NCBI GenBank assembly: GCA_963707985.1 | Contig: CAVPRW010000027.1 | Location: 1-64,000, forward strand | Reading direction: 5' to 3' | Origin: an uncultured Nitrospinota bacterium | GTDB lineage: Bacteria; Tectomicrobia; Entotheonellia; J063; CAVPRW01 | DNA: 64,000 bases | Shown here: positions 8,545-19,950 of the stretch, piece by piece | Layout: every line of letters begins with the position of its first letter | Position numbering within the stretch: position 1 is the stretch's first letter | Position numbers and translations under genes: made by a program | Notes under the pieces: generated by a model | Database searches by the model: none | Told to the model about the DNA's origin: nothing | What the model saw: only the letters and a program-made list of their open reading frames with translations

Positions 8545-10678
8545 ATGAGCGCTTTTCCGGACACCGATACGAGATACGCCGAGGTCCTCGCGGCCAAGCG
8601 GGTTCCACGTGAACAATGGCGGAATTACCAAAAATGGGTGCGGTTCTACCTGCATTTTTGCCATAAGTACCGCCACCGTCCCGCCGATTCCACGAGCCTT
8701 CAGTTATTTATGGGAAAACTGGCTTCGAAAGGCCAAACAGTCGAACAGCAGGCCCAGGCACAATGCGCGGTTGAATATGACTCCGTGTGCTTGTCGCCGG
8801 AGTTGCGATCGTTGCGAGACGACGACGCTATCGCGCCACGCCGAAAGACAGAGAAGATGGTCTCGCGGCAAGGAAGCAGGAGCGCGTCACCGGACAATCT
8901 CGAATGATGGAGGAACAAGCGCATGTCCTCGTTCAGGCCAATCAGGCCACGGGCACGAGCGAACAGGCGAACGCGGCCCGGCGAGAGGTGGAAGCAAAGT
9001 TGAAAGACGAAATCATGCTTCGCCATTATTCGCCCAAGACGCTCCAACGTATGCGGGATGGATGAAGAAGTTCAGGGGTTTCATGGTCCATACCCATCCT
9101 TCGGAGTTGACAGGCGCGGAGGCCAAGCGGTTTTTGGCCGATCTGGCCGTCAGGAGACAGGTTTCAGCTGCGGCGCAAAACCAGGCGTTCAACGCCCTGC
9201 TATTTCTGTTCAGACATGTTTTCAAACAAGAACTCGGTGATCTATCGGATACGGCACGGGCAAAGCGCAGCAAGTATATCCCCACCGTGCTTTCGCGCCA
9301 GGAGGTGGAATCGCTTGTGGCTGAGTTGCACGAGCCTTATGCATTACTGGCGATGATCATGTACGGATGTGGCTTGAGGCTTTCCGAGACGGCCAATCTG
9401 CGGATCCACAATTTCATTTTTGACACGGGGATGCTTTCTGTCCAATTCGGCAAGGGCGGCACATCGCGGACCGTGCCGTTGCCGCACAAGAATCCATGGG
9501 GAAATCATGCGGCAGTTCGAAAAGGTCAGGGAGCTCCATCAAGAGGACATAAGAGGGTGTCTGAAAAGTTTGCGTGGCGTCACATCATCGGCTACGATGG
9601 CCGTCCTGTTGTGGTGGTGCGTGGCAGCGGCTGCCGCAGGACTTCCCCCCCTGGCCGCGCGTGTATCATGATTTTCGGGTGTGGCAGCAGGACGGCACGT
9701 GGCTGGTGAGGCACGATGTGCTGCGCGGTGATTTCCGGGTCGCCGCGGGCCGGCAGCGCCAGCCCAGCGCGGGGAGTATCGAGAGCCAGGCCGTCAAGCC
9801 CCCCGAACAAGGAGGGTCCGCGGCGATGATGCCCACACACAGGTCAAGGGTCGCACGCGCCATCTCTTCGTCGAGACCGTAGGGTGGCTACTCGCCGTGG
9901 TCGTCACGGGGGCCCACGGGCAAGACCGCGTGGCCGCCGAAGGCCTGCTCACAGGCGTGCGGCACCAGTGCTCCCGGCTGCGGTGTATCGGGGCCGATCA
10001 GGCCGATACAGGCGACCTCGCCACCTGGCTGTGGTCGCGACGGCCCTGGCGGCAGATCCGCCTTGAGGTGGTCAAACGGCCGGAGGGCATCCACGGCTTC
10101 CTGCTCCTGGCCGACACGGTGGGTCGTCGAGCGGACGTGTGCGTGGTTAGGCCGCTACCGCCGTTTATCCAAAGATTACGAATACCTCACCCAGACCAGC
10201 GAGACGATGATCCGCGTCGCGATGATCCATCTGATGGTGCGGCATCTGGCTCGCACAGGACCTTCTTAGACACCCTCTAAAGACGGGCTATGACGGCGTG
10301 TTTCTTCCTGCGTCGTTCGAAAAGAAGGCGAAGTCGGCGGTGCGGGAGCTCGTCTGGCAGTGGTGCTTTCCCGCACAACGTCTGACGCTCGTGGAGGCCA
10401 TGCGCGAAGTGCGGCGTGACCATGTGCATGAAACCGATATCCAGCGGGCGATCAAGGCGGCGGCCTGCAAGGCAGGAATTCCCAAGTGGGTTTCTCCGCA
10501 CACACTTCGGCACACGTTCGCCACACATCTATTGCAGGCGAACTACGACATCCGCCAGATTCAGCAGATGCTGGGCCACAGCGACGTGCGAACCACGATG
10601 ATCTACACCCATACAATCACATTCGACCTCAAGCCGTTACAGAGTCCGCTTGATTTGTCATGTGAGTCGGGGACGTAA
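8545..10678 (+). pseudogene. intI: Integron integrase with N-terminal extension, disrupted by an IS5-family insertion and frameshifts
   Basis: LRHYSPKT, VSAAAQNQAFNALLFLF, PTVLS, YGCGLRLSE, GKGG, IntI-specific insert GYDGVFLP..WQWxFPA..RRx[34 protein letters not shown]. Confidence 0.92.
9553..10277 (+). mobile_element. IS5-family (IS1031-like) element, degenerate and probably internally deleted (725 bp)
   Basis: TIRs gagggtgtctgaaaag / rc gagggtgtctaagaag. TAA duplication at 9550-9552 and 10278-10280. Transposase remnants [32 protein letters not shown]. Removal restores intI ..EDIKTGYDG.. in frame. Confidence 0.93.
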
Positions 10679-10694
10679 TGGCGTGCGGAAAGAA

Positions 10695-10835
10695 ATAGGA
10701 CATCTGCGACAGCTAGCGAAGTTGACCGTTACCGCCTCGGCGTATTGCCAAGCCCGCATGAAGTTGCCTCGGCGCGTGTTTCAGCGGCCGCTGCGGCTGT
10801 CGCCTGAGCCACTGCTCTTGGCCGTTTGGGTGTTT
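10695..10835 (+). pseudogene. Short IS4-family transposase N-terminal fragment
   Basis: TASAYCQARMKLP resembles the IS4 SAYCQAR.RLP motif. No ends identified. Confidence 0.5.
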
Positions 10836-11093
10836 TGAAGGTCGACGTGCGTCGTGCAGGCTTTTGTCCTCCCCTGGTCCTCATTCTTCCCGGAGACGGC
10901 TCGCCAGAGGGGCTGCGAAGGTGACCGTCTGTGTTGACAGCCAACAGCGCGAGACATACTATCGTGGCAATCATCATCACGAGGCGTTGTCTGTGTATAC
11001 GTTTGGCTGAGCGGTTTCAAGAGAGCCATGGAGTCTGCTACGGTCAGCTATCAGCGGGAGTTTATGCGCATGTTTGGTTGAGGAGGATCAGCC

Positions 11094-12209
11094 ATGTCGG
11101 AAGCCTGGCGCGCAGACCACGTCGGAAGCTTCCTGCGTCCAGCCGATGTGAAAGAGGCCCGAGCGGCCTTCCACGAGGGACGCCTAGCGCTGGAGCAGTT
11201 GCGCCATATTGAGGATGGCGCCATCTTGGCTGCTTTAGAGCGTCAGCGCAGCATTGGCGTGAACGTTTTCACGGATGGAGAGTTTCGCCGTACCGGTTTC
11301 CAGAATGATCTGGTGGAAGCGGTGGAGGGGTTTGTTGACGCTGCACGTCCCGCCGTTGTTCGCATCTGGCAAGGTCCAGGAGGAGAGCCGCAGGAGCAGG
11401 GGACCCGGCAAGTGGTCGGTGGGAAACTGCGACCGGTATGTCGACTGACCGAGCACCAGACGAGATTCTTGAAGGCACATGCCCCTGGCCCGATCAAGAT
11501 GACGCTTCCCAGCCCCAACCAGTTCCCAGCCATCAGCTTTCAGCCTGGCGTCACCGAGCCGTTCTATCCGACCCGCGCTGATCTGCTGTGGGCGCTCGTC
11601 CCCATCATCAAAGGGGAAATCGCTGCCCTGGTCGACGATGGCATCCCCTATATCCAAGTGGATGAACCGCGGTACAGCTATTACGTTGATCCCAAGTGGC
11701 GCCAACACTTACGCGATCTCGGGGAAGACCCCGACCAGATGTTCGATGCGGCCATCGCAGCTGACAATGCTTGCCTGGAGGGCGTGCAGCGGCAGGGCCT
11801 GACGGTGGCGATGCACATCTGCCGCGGCAATAACGAAAGCAAGTGGTACGCCGAAGGCGGCTACGAACTGATCGCCGAGAAGCTATTCGGCTCACTGGCC
11901 GTCGATCGATTCCTGCTGGAATACGATACGGCACGGGCTGGTACCTTTGAGCCTCTGCGGTTCATGCCACGCGATAAAATGGTCGTCCTCGGTCTGATCA
12001 GCAGTAAGGAAGCCAGGATAGAGTCTCAGGACGAGCTACGCCGGCGCATCGACGAGGCGTCGCGCTACGTTCCCATCGACAATCTAGCCCTGAGCCCCCA
12101 ATGCGGCTTTGCGTCGACGGCCGCCGGCAACCTGCTGACGGAGGACGAACAGTGGCGAAAACTGGAACTGGTGGTGGAGACAGCACATAAGGTCTGGGGC
12201 ACCTCATAG
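11094..12209 (+). CDS. Cobalamin-independent methionine synthase II-like protein (MetE C-terminal-type)
   Basis: RADHVGSFLRP, TDGEFRR, YIQVDEP, HICRGN, LEYD, LSPQCGFAS. It reads on the + strand (ATG 11094, TAG 12207-12209) although the ORF track labels it minus. Confidence 0.92.
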   Translation: MSEAWRADHVGSFLRPADVKEARAAFHEGRLALEQLRHIEDGAILAALERQRSIGVNVFTDGEFRRTGFQNDLVEAVEGFVDAARPAVVRIWQGPGGEPQEQGTRQVVGGKLRPVCRLTEHQTRFLKAHAPGPIKMTLPSPNQFPAISFQPGVTEPFYPTRADLLWALVPIIKGEIAALVDDGIPYIQVDEPRYSYYVDPKWRQHLRDLGEDPDQMFDAAIAADNACLEGVQRQGLTVAMHICRGNNESKWYAEGGYELIAEKLFGSLAVDRFLLEYDTARAGTFEPLRFMPRDKMVVLGLISSKEARIESQDELRRRIDEASRYVPIDNLALSPQCGFASTAAGNLLTEDEQWRKLELVVETAHKVWGTS

Positions 12210-12521
12210 AGGTCAGGGTTGTATCGCGCTTAAGGGCCTGGGTCAATGCTGAGCCAACGCGTCTTCAGCACGTACCTGTGGGAGGCGTGGGGGAGGGCGG
12301 CAATCCGCTGATGGCCACAGAGCAGGAGGCCGCATTGCATCTTGTCGCCCAGGGTGGCACAATGGGTCTGCCCAAGGTACCATCTATGAAAGAATGCTGA
12401 TCTGCACCTTTCGCAATGATGGACGCTATTGCCGCTAACCGAGTGATTGCACATGGACCTGTCGCAGACCCCAACGTTCCATACAGAGCCACAGGAAACC
12501 TCGACGGACGGACATCAGGCT

Positions 12522-13946
12522 ATGGCAGAGACGCCTATCTCGCGGCCGCCGTACCCCGCCCGCTCACAGGCCTGGCAAAAATGGCTGAGACGGATTGTCC
12601 TACTTCTGGCGCTAGTCATCGCCATTGTGGTGGCGCGCTGGTACACCCTGCGTCCGCAGGAGGTTTCTCTCACGCAGCCGACGGTCACGACGATTACCGA
12701 GACCATCGCGAGCAGTGGTCGCGTGCGGGGGGTGACCGAAACCGTGGTAGGGGCCCAGGCGGCAGGGATCGTCGAGACTCTGTACGTGGACGAGGGAGAT
12801 CGCGTCACGGCGGGTCAAGCGCTTGCGACGCTGAAGCGCGATGTGGCAGCGGCACGTCTGACACAAGCTGAGCAGGCACTGAATACCGCCCGCGCCCAGC
12901 TGGCGCATGTCGAGCGCGGTCCCTTGCGCTCTGAAGTGGAAGCCGCCGAGGAGCAAATCCGACAGGCGCAGGCCCAATTGGCGCAACAACGCGCCGCCGT
13001 GCAACAGGCCCAGCAATCGGTGACGCAGTCCCGCGCTCAACTGCACCAATTGCAGGCAGAGCTGAGTCTGGCGGCCACGCAATTGGAACGCGCTGCGGCC
13101 CTCTTGGACCGCAACTTCATCTCGCGAGCCGAGTATGATCAGGCCCAGACGCAATACCGGGTTGCCGAAGAACGGGTCGCAGCGGCACAACAGGCTATCG
13201 AGGTGGCACAAGCCAATGTACGGTCAGTACAGGCAGGCGTCCAGGCGGCACAGGCAAACGTCAAGGCGCTCGAGGCGCGTCTGCGGACGGTGCAGACGGG
13301 GGCTCCTCCCGAAGAAATCGAGGTGGCACGCCAACGTGTTGCTGATGCCGAGCAAGGGCTGCGTGTGGCGCAGCAACAGGTGCAGGAGGCCGTAGTGACC
13401 GCCCCGTTCACCGGCATCATCACGGCAATCAATGCTGAGTTGGGTCAACCGGTGGGAGCGCAAGGAGTGGTACGTTTGGTCAGCTCGGCACTCGAAATCC
13501 GCCTCGATGTCGATGAAAGCAATCTGGCCGACCTGGCGGTGGGCAAGAGGCGGTGGTCTCCTCCAGTGTTTTTCCTGGCGACACCTTCCGCGGCAAAGTT
13601 TCAGAGATTGGTGCGGCCGTGGACCAGACGCGCGGCACCGTGACCGTTCGAGTGACTGCCGCTACAGCCTCCAAATTGGCTGCGTCCGGGACAAACGGTG
13701 AACGTCAATATCATCACTCACCGCGCTGCGCCTCGCCTGCTCATCCCCGCCACGGCGGTTGGCCGCTCTAGCGACCAGACGGTCATCTACATCGTCGAAA
13801 ATGGCCGCGCCTTGGAGAAGGTGGTGCTGACTCGCCCTCCCACGGCCCAGGGTGTGCCAGTGGTGGCGGGCTTGAGCGCGGAGGACTGGATCATCGCCGA
13901 TGCTCGGGGCCTGAGGGCGGGTCAGCGTGTCCGGGTGCGTCAATGA
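12522..13946 (+). CDS. HlyD/RND-type periplasmic adaptor of an ABC exporter (frameshifts near 13545 and 13680)
   Basis: N-terminal TM, lipoyl half-motifs (VDEGDRVTAGQ, VTAPFTG), long coiled coil, VDESNLA, LRPGQTVNV. Start uncertain. Confidence 0.85.
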
Positions 13947-15232
13947 ACGGGGCAGCAAGTCGTCTGGGGCATACCCTCTGGTCCTCTCTCCTGCCGCGTA
14001 GCCTGCGGTTTGAGATCCAACTGGCAGCCCGACACCTGCGTTGGGGTGGCAAGCAAACGTTGCTGACGATCAGTGCCGTAGCGGCAGGGGTCATCATTGT
14101 GGTGTTCGTGACAGCCCTGATCTTTGGGCTACAGCGGCGGTGGACGACCATCCTCACCGATGTCCTCCCGCATGTCACGATACGGATAGTCGATCCTAAA
14201 CCAACGCCGCTCGCAACGGTGCCAGGCGCGCACTCTGGCGTGGTCTCCAGCCGTATCGAACAGCGTGCCCCGCAGCAGAAGAATCTTGAAAACTGGGAAC
14301 AGGTGGTGGGAATTGTACAGGCCCTGCCAAACGTCCGCGTGGTGGCGCCGGTGGTGCGGGGGCAAGCGTTCGCGTCCAAGGGAGGCAATCCGTATGGCGT
14401 CTCCGTGGTCGGCGCCGATCCCGAGATCCAAGATCTGGTGATGCCGGTGACGAAGAATCTCATCGCCGGCCATTACCACGGTCTGCAAAGCGAAGAGGTC
14501 GTCATCGATTATGAGTTGGCCAGAGATCTGAATGTCAGCACCGGGGACCGCATTCGCCTGACCTCGAGCACGGGAGCTATCGAGGCCTTTACCATCGCTG
14601 GAATCTACAGCCAGGGACAAGGCCGCGGTAACGCCTACGTCACCCTGCGCACGGCGCAGAGCCTCTATGGCCTGGGCACCGCGGTCAACGTCATCTTCGT
14701 CAAAGTGGTAGATATTTTCCGGGCGGATGAGGTCGCGTCGCGCATTCAGTCGTTGCTGCCGTATGAGGCTCGGAGCTGGATACAGGAGTTTCCACAGTTC
14801 CTGTCCACGCTACGAATGCAGACGGCGTCGGCCTACCTCATCTCCGCCTTCAGTCTGGTCGCTTCCGCTTTCGCTATCGCATCGATCCTGATCGTGTCAG
14901 TGCTACAAAAATCCAAGCAAATTGGCATTCTCAAGAGTATGGGAGCGCGCCGCCGCCAGATCCTCCGAGCCTTTATCTTCGAAGGCCTGGGGATTGCGCT
15001 TGTGGGCAGCAGTGCAGGGGCAGCGGTTGGGATGTCGATCGTCTACTTGCTCAGTTTGATCGAGCAGCCAGTCACCCGCCTCGGACAACCCCCCGAGCAG
15101 CTCTTTCCGGTGGCGATCCTGCCCCTGTATATCGCCACGGCCGTACTGGCAGCGATCGTGGCGACGGTGCTCGCGGCCTTGCTACCGGCCCGCCGAGCCG
15201 CCCGCCTGAACCCGGTCGATGTGATTCGGTGA
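13943..15232 (+). CDS. ABC transporter permease (LolE/FtsX/MacB family)
   Basis: TM1 + periplasmic domain + QIGILKSMGA + C-terminal TMs, PARRAARLNPVDVIR. Confidence 0.92.
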   Translation: MNGAASRLGHTLWSSLLPRSLRFEIQLAARHLRWGGKQTLLTISAVAAGVIIVVFVTALIFGLQRRWTTILTDVLPHVTIRIVDPKPTPLATVPGAHSGVVSSRIEQRAPQQKNLENWEQVVGIVQALPNVRVVAPVVRGQAFASKGGNPYGVSVVGADPEIQDLVMPVTKNLIAGHYHGLQSEEVVIDYELARDLNVSTGDRIRLTSSTGAIEAFTIAGIYSQGQGRGNAYVTLRTAQSLYGLGTAVNVIFVKVVDIFRADEVASRIQSLLPYEARSWIQEFPQFLSTLRMQTASAYLISAFSLVASAFAIASILIVSVLQKSKQIGILKSMGARRRQILRAFIFEGLGIALVGSSAGAAVGMSIVYLLSLIEQPVTRLGQPPEQLFPVAILPLYIATAVLAAIVATVLAALLPARRAARLNPVDVIR

Positions 15233-15240
15233 GGGTGCCG

Positions 15241-15997
15241 ATGCCACCGCCTCAGAATCGCTTCACCTACAGACGATGCCGTTGCACACCAGCAAACATC
15301 GCCGGTCGTCATCGAGACCCACGCGCTCCAAAAAACCTACTTTGGCAAGGTCGCCGTCCCGGTGTTGTTTGGCATCGATCTGCGCATCCGGGCCGGCGAA
15401 TTCGTCGCCATCATGGGCCAGTCCGGGAGTGGTAAATCCACGCTGCTCAACATCCTCGGTGCCCTCGACGTCCCAACCGGCGGTACGGTGCTGATCAACG
15501 GGGTCGATATCAGCAGGCTCGATGACGATGCTCTGGCAAGGCTGCGCAGCGACGATATCGGCTTTATTTTTCAGTTTCATCATCTGCTCGACGAGTATAC
15601 CTGCCTGGAAAATGTTCTGCTACCGATCGTCATCCGCCATGGCAGCGTGAGTGAGGCCGAGCGCAGCCGCGTGGTCAACCTCCTGGAGCGCGTCGGTCTG
15701 GGGCACCGCTTGGAGAATCATCCCGACGCCATGAGCGGCGGCGAGAACCAGCGCTGTGCCATCGTGCGCGCCCTGGCCAATGCGCCGCGGATCGTCTTGG
15801 CCGACGAACCGACTGGTAACCTCGATAGCCGGTCCGGTCAAGACGTCTTCGCCTTGATGCGCGAGATGAACCGCGAGATCGGCGTGGCCTTCGTCATGGT
15901 CACGCATGACGATCGACTGGCTCAAGCGGCTGACCGCATATTGTTGATCGAAGACGGCCACATACGCGAGCTTTCGAAAGAAATGCGCCGCCTCTGA
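15241..15997 (+). CDS. ABC transporter ATP-binding protein (LolD-like); probable frameshift near the 5' end
   Basis: [30 protein letters not shown]. Confidence 0.9.
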
Positions 15998-16353
15998 GCG
16001 CCGGCCAGTCGGAAGCACGGCTCACCATCTCCTGACCAATCACTGAACCCGAAAAGCCTTCCAGATAGTGCCCCGCAAGCACGGCACTGGCCGTTGGTCT
16101 TCGTTCCTCGAATCTCCATCAATATGCAGCAACCTGCATGTGTGCTCAGGCTCGGTGTGTGCTCCCGATATCCCCCGGTCTCTCAATCTGAGAGAGCGAG
16201 AGGTGTGCGCCCTCCTATTCTGAGAGGATTTGCGGCCTACCAACTACCTTTCCCCTTCGAAAAGGATGGACTGGAGATGGAGGCTCAGACAGCCTTGCCG
16301 CGCCCTCAGGGAGAGGACTGGGATGAGGGCGGCAGGGAATAGGTGTTGGCAGC

Positions 16354-16369
16354 TGGCAAGGATGTTGCA
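16354..16369 (+). promoter_or_regulatory. Candidate sigma54 -24/-12 promoter upstream of katE
   Basis: TGGCAAGGATGTTGCA (GG-N10-GC), ~80 bp before the ATG. Confidence 0.5.
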
Positions 16370-16450
16370 CTTTCAGCTTGGCACGCATGCTCGAAGTGTC
16401 ACAAGAGCTTTGCGCTCCATCGCCCCCTAGAGCTGAAGTCTGGAGGTCCT

Positions 16451-18645
16451 ATGCCTAACAATAAACGTCCACGGGAAACCAAACACGATAAAGTCCATGA
16501 TCTGGAGCAGTTTCGTGAGGATCATGGGGGACAATATCTCACGACCAATCAGGGACTACGCATAAACGACGATCAGAATTCCCTCAAGGCCGGAACGCGC
16601 GGTCCGTCGCTCCTCGAAGATTTTCATTTTCGAGAGAAGATCACCCACTTCGACCATGAACGCATTCCCGAACGCATCGTGCACGCGCGCGGCGCCGCGG
16701 CTCACGGCTTCTTCCAGGTTTACGAATCACTGGCACCATACACCAAAGCCAAATTTCTTCAGGATCCGGCGGTGAAGACGCCGGTCTTTGTCCGTTTCTC
16801 AACCGTCGTCGGCTCGCGCGGGGCGACTGATTTGGCCCGTGACGCGCGCGGCTTTGCTGTCAAGTTCTATACCGACGAGGGGAATTACGATCTCGTCGGG
16901 AACAATATCCCCGTCTTCTTTATTCAGGACGCACTGAAGTTTCCGGACCTTGTTCACGCCATTAAACCGGAACCTCATCATGAGATGCCCCAAGGGGCCT
17001 CGGCGCATGACACGTTTTGGGATTTCGTGTCGTTGATGCCAGAATCGATGCACATGGTCATGTGGGTGATGTCAGATCGGGCGCTTCCTCGTAGCTATCG
17101 CATGATGGAAGGCTTCGGCGTGCATACGTTCCGGTTGATCAATGCACAAGGCCAGGCGCATTTTGTCAAGTTTCACTGGAAACCTGTCCTGGGCGTCCAC
17201 TCGGTCCTCTGGGATGAGGCCCAGAAAATTTCCGGGCAGGACCCCGACTATCACCGACGCGATCTGTGGGAAGCGATTGACAACGGTGATTACCCGGAAT
17301 GGGAGTTCGGAGTCCAGATCATTGAGGAAAAAGATGAGCAGGCGTTCGATTTCGATCTGCTGGATGCCACCAAAATTGTTCCCGAAGAATTGGTCCAGGT
17401 CAGGCGCATTGGCAAGCTAACCCTCAATCGCAACCCCGATAACTTTTTCGCCGAGACTGAGCAGGTAGCTTTTCACCCAGGCCACATTGTGCCAGGGATT
17501 GATTTCAGCAGCGACCCACTCCTACAGGGTCGCCTCTTTTCATACACGGATACGCAGTTGATCCGCTTGGGTGGCCCCAACTTTCACGAGATTCCCATCA
17601 ATCGCCCTGTGGCGCCTCTACATAATCATCAACGAGACGGCTTTATGCGTCAAATGATCAATCGTGGCCGCGTCAGCTATGAACCGAATTCATTAGGTGG
17701 TGGCTGTCCCATGCAAGCGACGAGGGATATGGGTGGTTTTGTCAGCTACGCCGAAAAACTCGATGGCCATAAAGTACGCGCGCGCAGTGAAAGTTTCTTC
17801 GACCATTTCAGCCAGGCAACACTGTTCTGGAATAGCCAGTCGGATGCCGAGAAAGATCACATCGTGCAGGCTTTTTGCTTTGAGTTGGGAAAGGTCGACG
17901 GTGCCGGACATCAGAACGCGCATGGTGGGAATCCTGGCGCATGTGGATGAGACGCTTGCGCAACGTGTCGCGCATAGGTCTCGGTATTGGCGTGCCGTCG
18001 AAGCTCGATAAGCCGCTGAATATGAGTGTGCCGGCGGACGCGGATGTGAAGCACCTACAACCGAAACCCGTCACGAAACCCATCGGACATTCGCCAGCCT
18101 TGAGTATGGCGAACACCGCGAAAGACAGCATCAAGACACGTAAAGTGGCGATCCTGGCCGCCGACGGTGTTGATGAGACCGCGGTCTCGAAAATGCAGCA
18201 GGCACTGGCCGCCGCCGGGGCGCAGGCCAAGGTCGTCGCTCCACGACTCGGAGCGCTCAAGAGCGCGAACGGTGCCGAACTCCACATCGATTTCAGTCTG
18301 CTCACTGCCGGTTCGGTCCTGTTCGATGCCGTCTACGTACCGGGCGGTGAAAAGAGCGTTGAGATGCTGAAAGGTGAGGGCAAGGCTCTCCACTTCGTTC
18401 AGGAGGCATACAAACACTGCAAGGCGATCGCCGCGACAGGCGCCGGTCTTGAGTTGTTACGCGCGTCTTATCTCGGCAGGGAGGTGCTTCCCGTGTCGAA
18501 CACGGAAGGCAATCAGCTAGAGACGGATGAAGGTGTCATCATTGGGCGTGATGCACGGGTGGACGAGGTGGCCACGGAGTTCATCAAGGCCATCGCCCAA
18601 CATCGCCATTGGAGCCGTGAGATGAAGGACGAAGTTCCAGCCTAA
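16451..18645 (+). CDS. katE: Large-subunit monofunctional catalase (HPII) with C-terminal DJ-1/GATase-like domain; frameshifts at ~17900-17980
   Basis: [45 protein letters not shown]-terminal [17 protein letters not shown]. Confidence 0.95.
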
Positions 18646-18849
18646 CGACGGGGCCAGGCGGAGACAGCCTCGATCGGGTGTAGAGGTCTGCAGTAGCTGC
18701 CATGCTACTGTAAGCGAGAGCCCCCAGACAGGGGGGATGTTCTGACCGTTGTTGACCGGAAGCCATCCACTGAGGACGGCTCCATGAGGGCGCAAGCTGC
18801 CCTCGTAACAGGATAACTGCATGAACAGGATCACTGCGTGAAGGAGAGA

Positions 18850-19807
18850 ATGATGGCAACGAACGATATGAGAGCAAGGTTGGTGCGGTTAAGTGATACG
18901 AATCTGACACTGGCCGATCATGCCGAGGACATCACGGGACTGAAGATCGTGGATATGTCTGGAGAGGAATTAGGAACGGTGAATGATTTGTTCATCGATG
19001 AGCAGGAGCGCAAGGTGCGTTTTCTCGAGGTATCCTCTGGTGGATTCCTTGGGTTGGGCGCGACAAAGTTCCTGCTGCCGGTGGAAGCAATCACCCGTAT
19101 TAGCGTCGACATGGTTCATATCAACCAGAGTCGGGAGCGCGTCGCAGGGGCTCCGCAATACGATCCGACATTGGTGGAAGAGCGCTATGTCAGCGATGTA
19201 TACAGCCATTATGGCTATCCACCCTATTGGGGACCTGACTACCACTATCCGCCTTATCCGTACTATTCCTCGGCCAATCGCCCAGGCAGTGGTACCGACA
19301 GAGACCCTCATTACCGTATGAACCCGGCAACTTCGGGAGTCCCATCTGATCTGTACTATGCTGAGATGGCGGGCATACAGGTCAAAGACATTATGACCCG
19401 CAACGTGGAAGTCGTCCATCCTGAGGGCTCTCTCCGAGAAGCAGCTCAGAAGATGGCGGACCTGGATGTGGGTATGCTGCCAGTGTGCAGCGGCGACCAA
19501 CTTCGTGGGGATGTTAACGGATCGCGACATCACCGTGCGGGCCACGGCTGAGGGACGTGACCCGAAGGCAACCAGAGTCCACGAAGTGATGACACCTGAG
19601 GTGGTATATGTCTTCGAGGACGATGATGTCAGCGAGGCCGCTCGGATCATGACGGAGCAGCAGATTCGCCGACTCGTGGTGCTCAACCGGTCCAAGCAAC
19701 TGGCCGGCATCATCTCGCTAGGTGATCTGGCTGTACATACCGGTGACACACAACAGGCGGGGCAGACCTTAGAAGGCGTCTCCGAGCCCTCTGAGCCTCT
19801 ACGTTAA
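18850..19807 (+). CDS. PRC-barrel + CBS-pair protein (frameshift ~19505)
   Basis: PRC: DITG.KIVD..GEELGTV.DLFID..GGFLGLG. CBS: VKDIMT, GMLTDRDITVR, QIRRLVV, GIISLGDL. Confidence 0.8.
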
Positions 19808-19950
19808 TGCCTCATGAGGGGGGCCTCCAGATAGGGGCCCCTCCCACACCCACCTGGGCTTTGTTAAATGCGAAATGACGGTGCCTATGGCGGTGCTTCA
19901 TTGTGGCGAATTAACAGGGAATCCGGCGCCCTCTGCCAAGGAGCAGTCGA

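Noticed and set aside
8440..8545. LexA box upstream of intI
   Set aside because: No CTGT-N8-ACAG or GAAC-N4-GTTC match seen. A lineage-specific box cannot be excluded.
11094..12209. ORF track lists this 371-aa ORF on the minus strand
   Set aside because: The given protein reads directly on the + strand (ATG TCG GAA at 11094, TAG at 12207). The strand label is wrong.
17880..17990. Programmed frameshifting in katE and other genes
   Set aside because: No slippery heptamers are evident and the shifts are scattered across unrelated genes. Sequencing error is more parsimonious.
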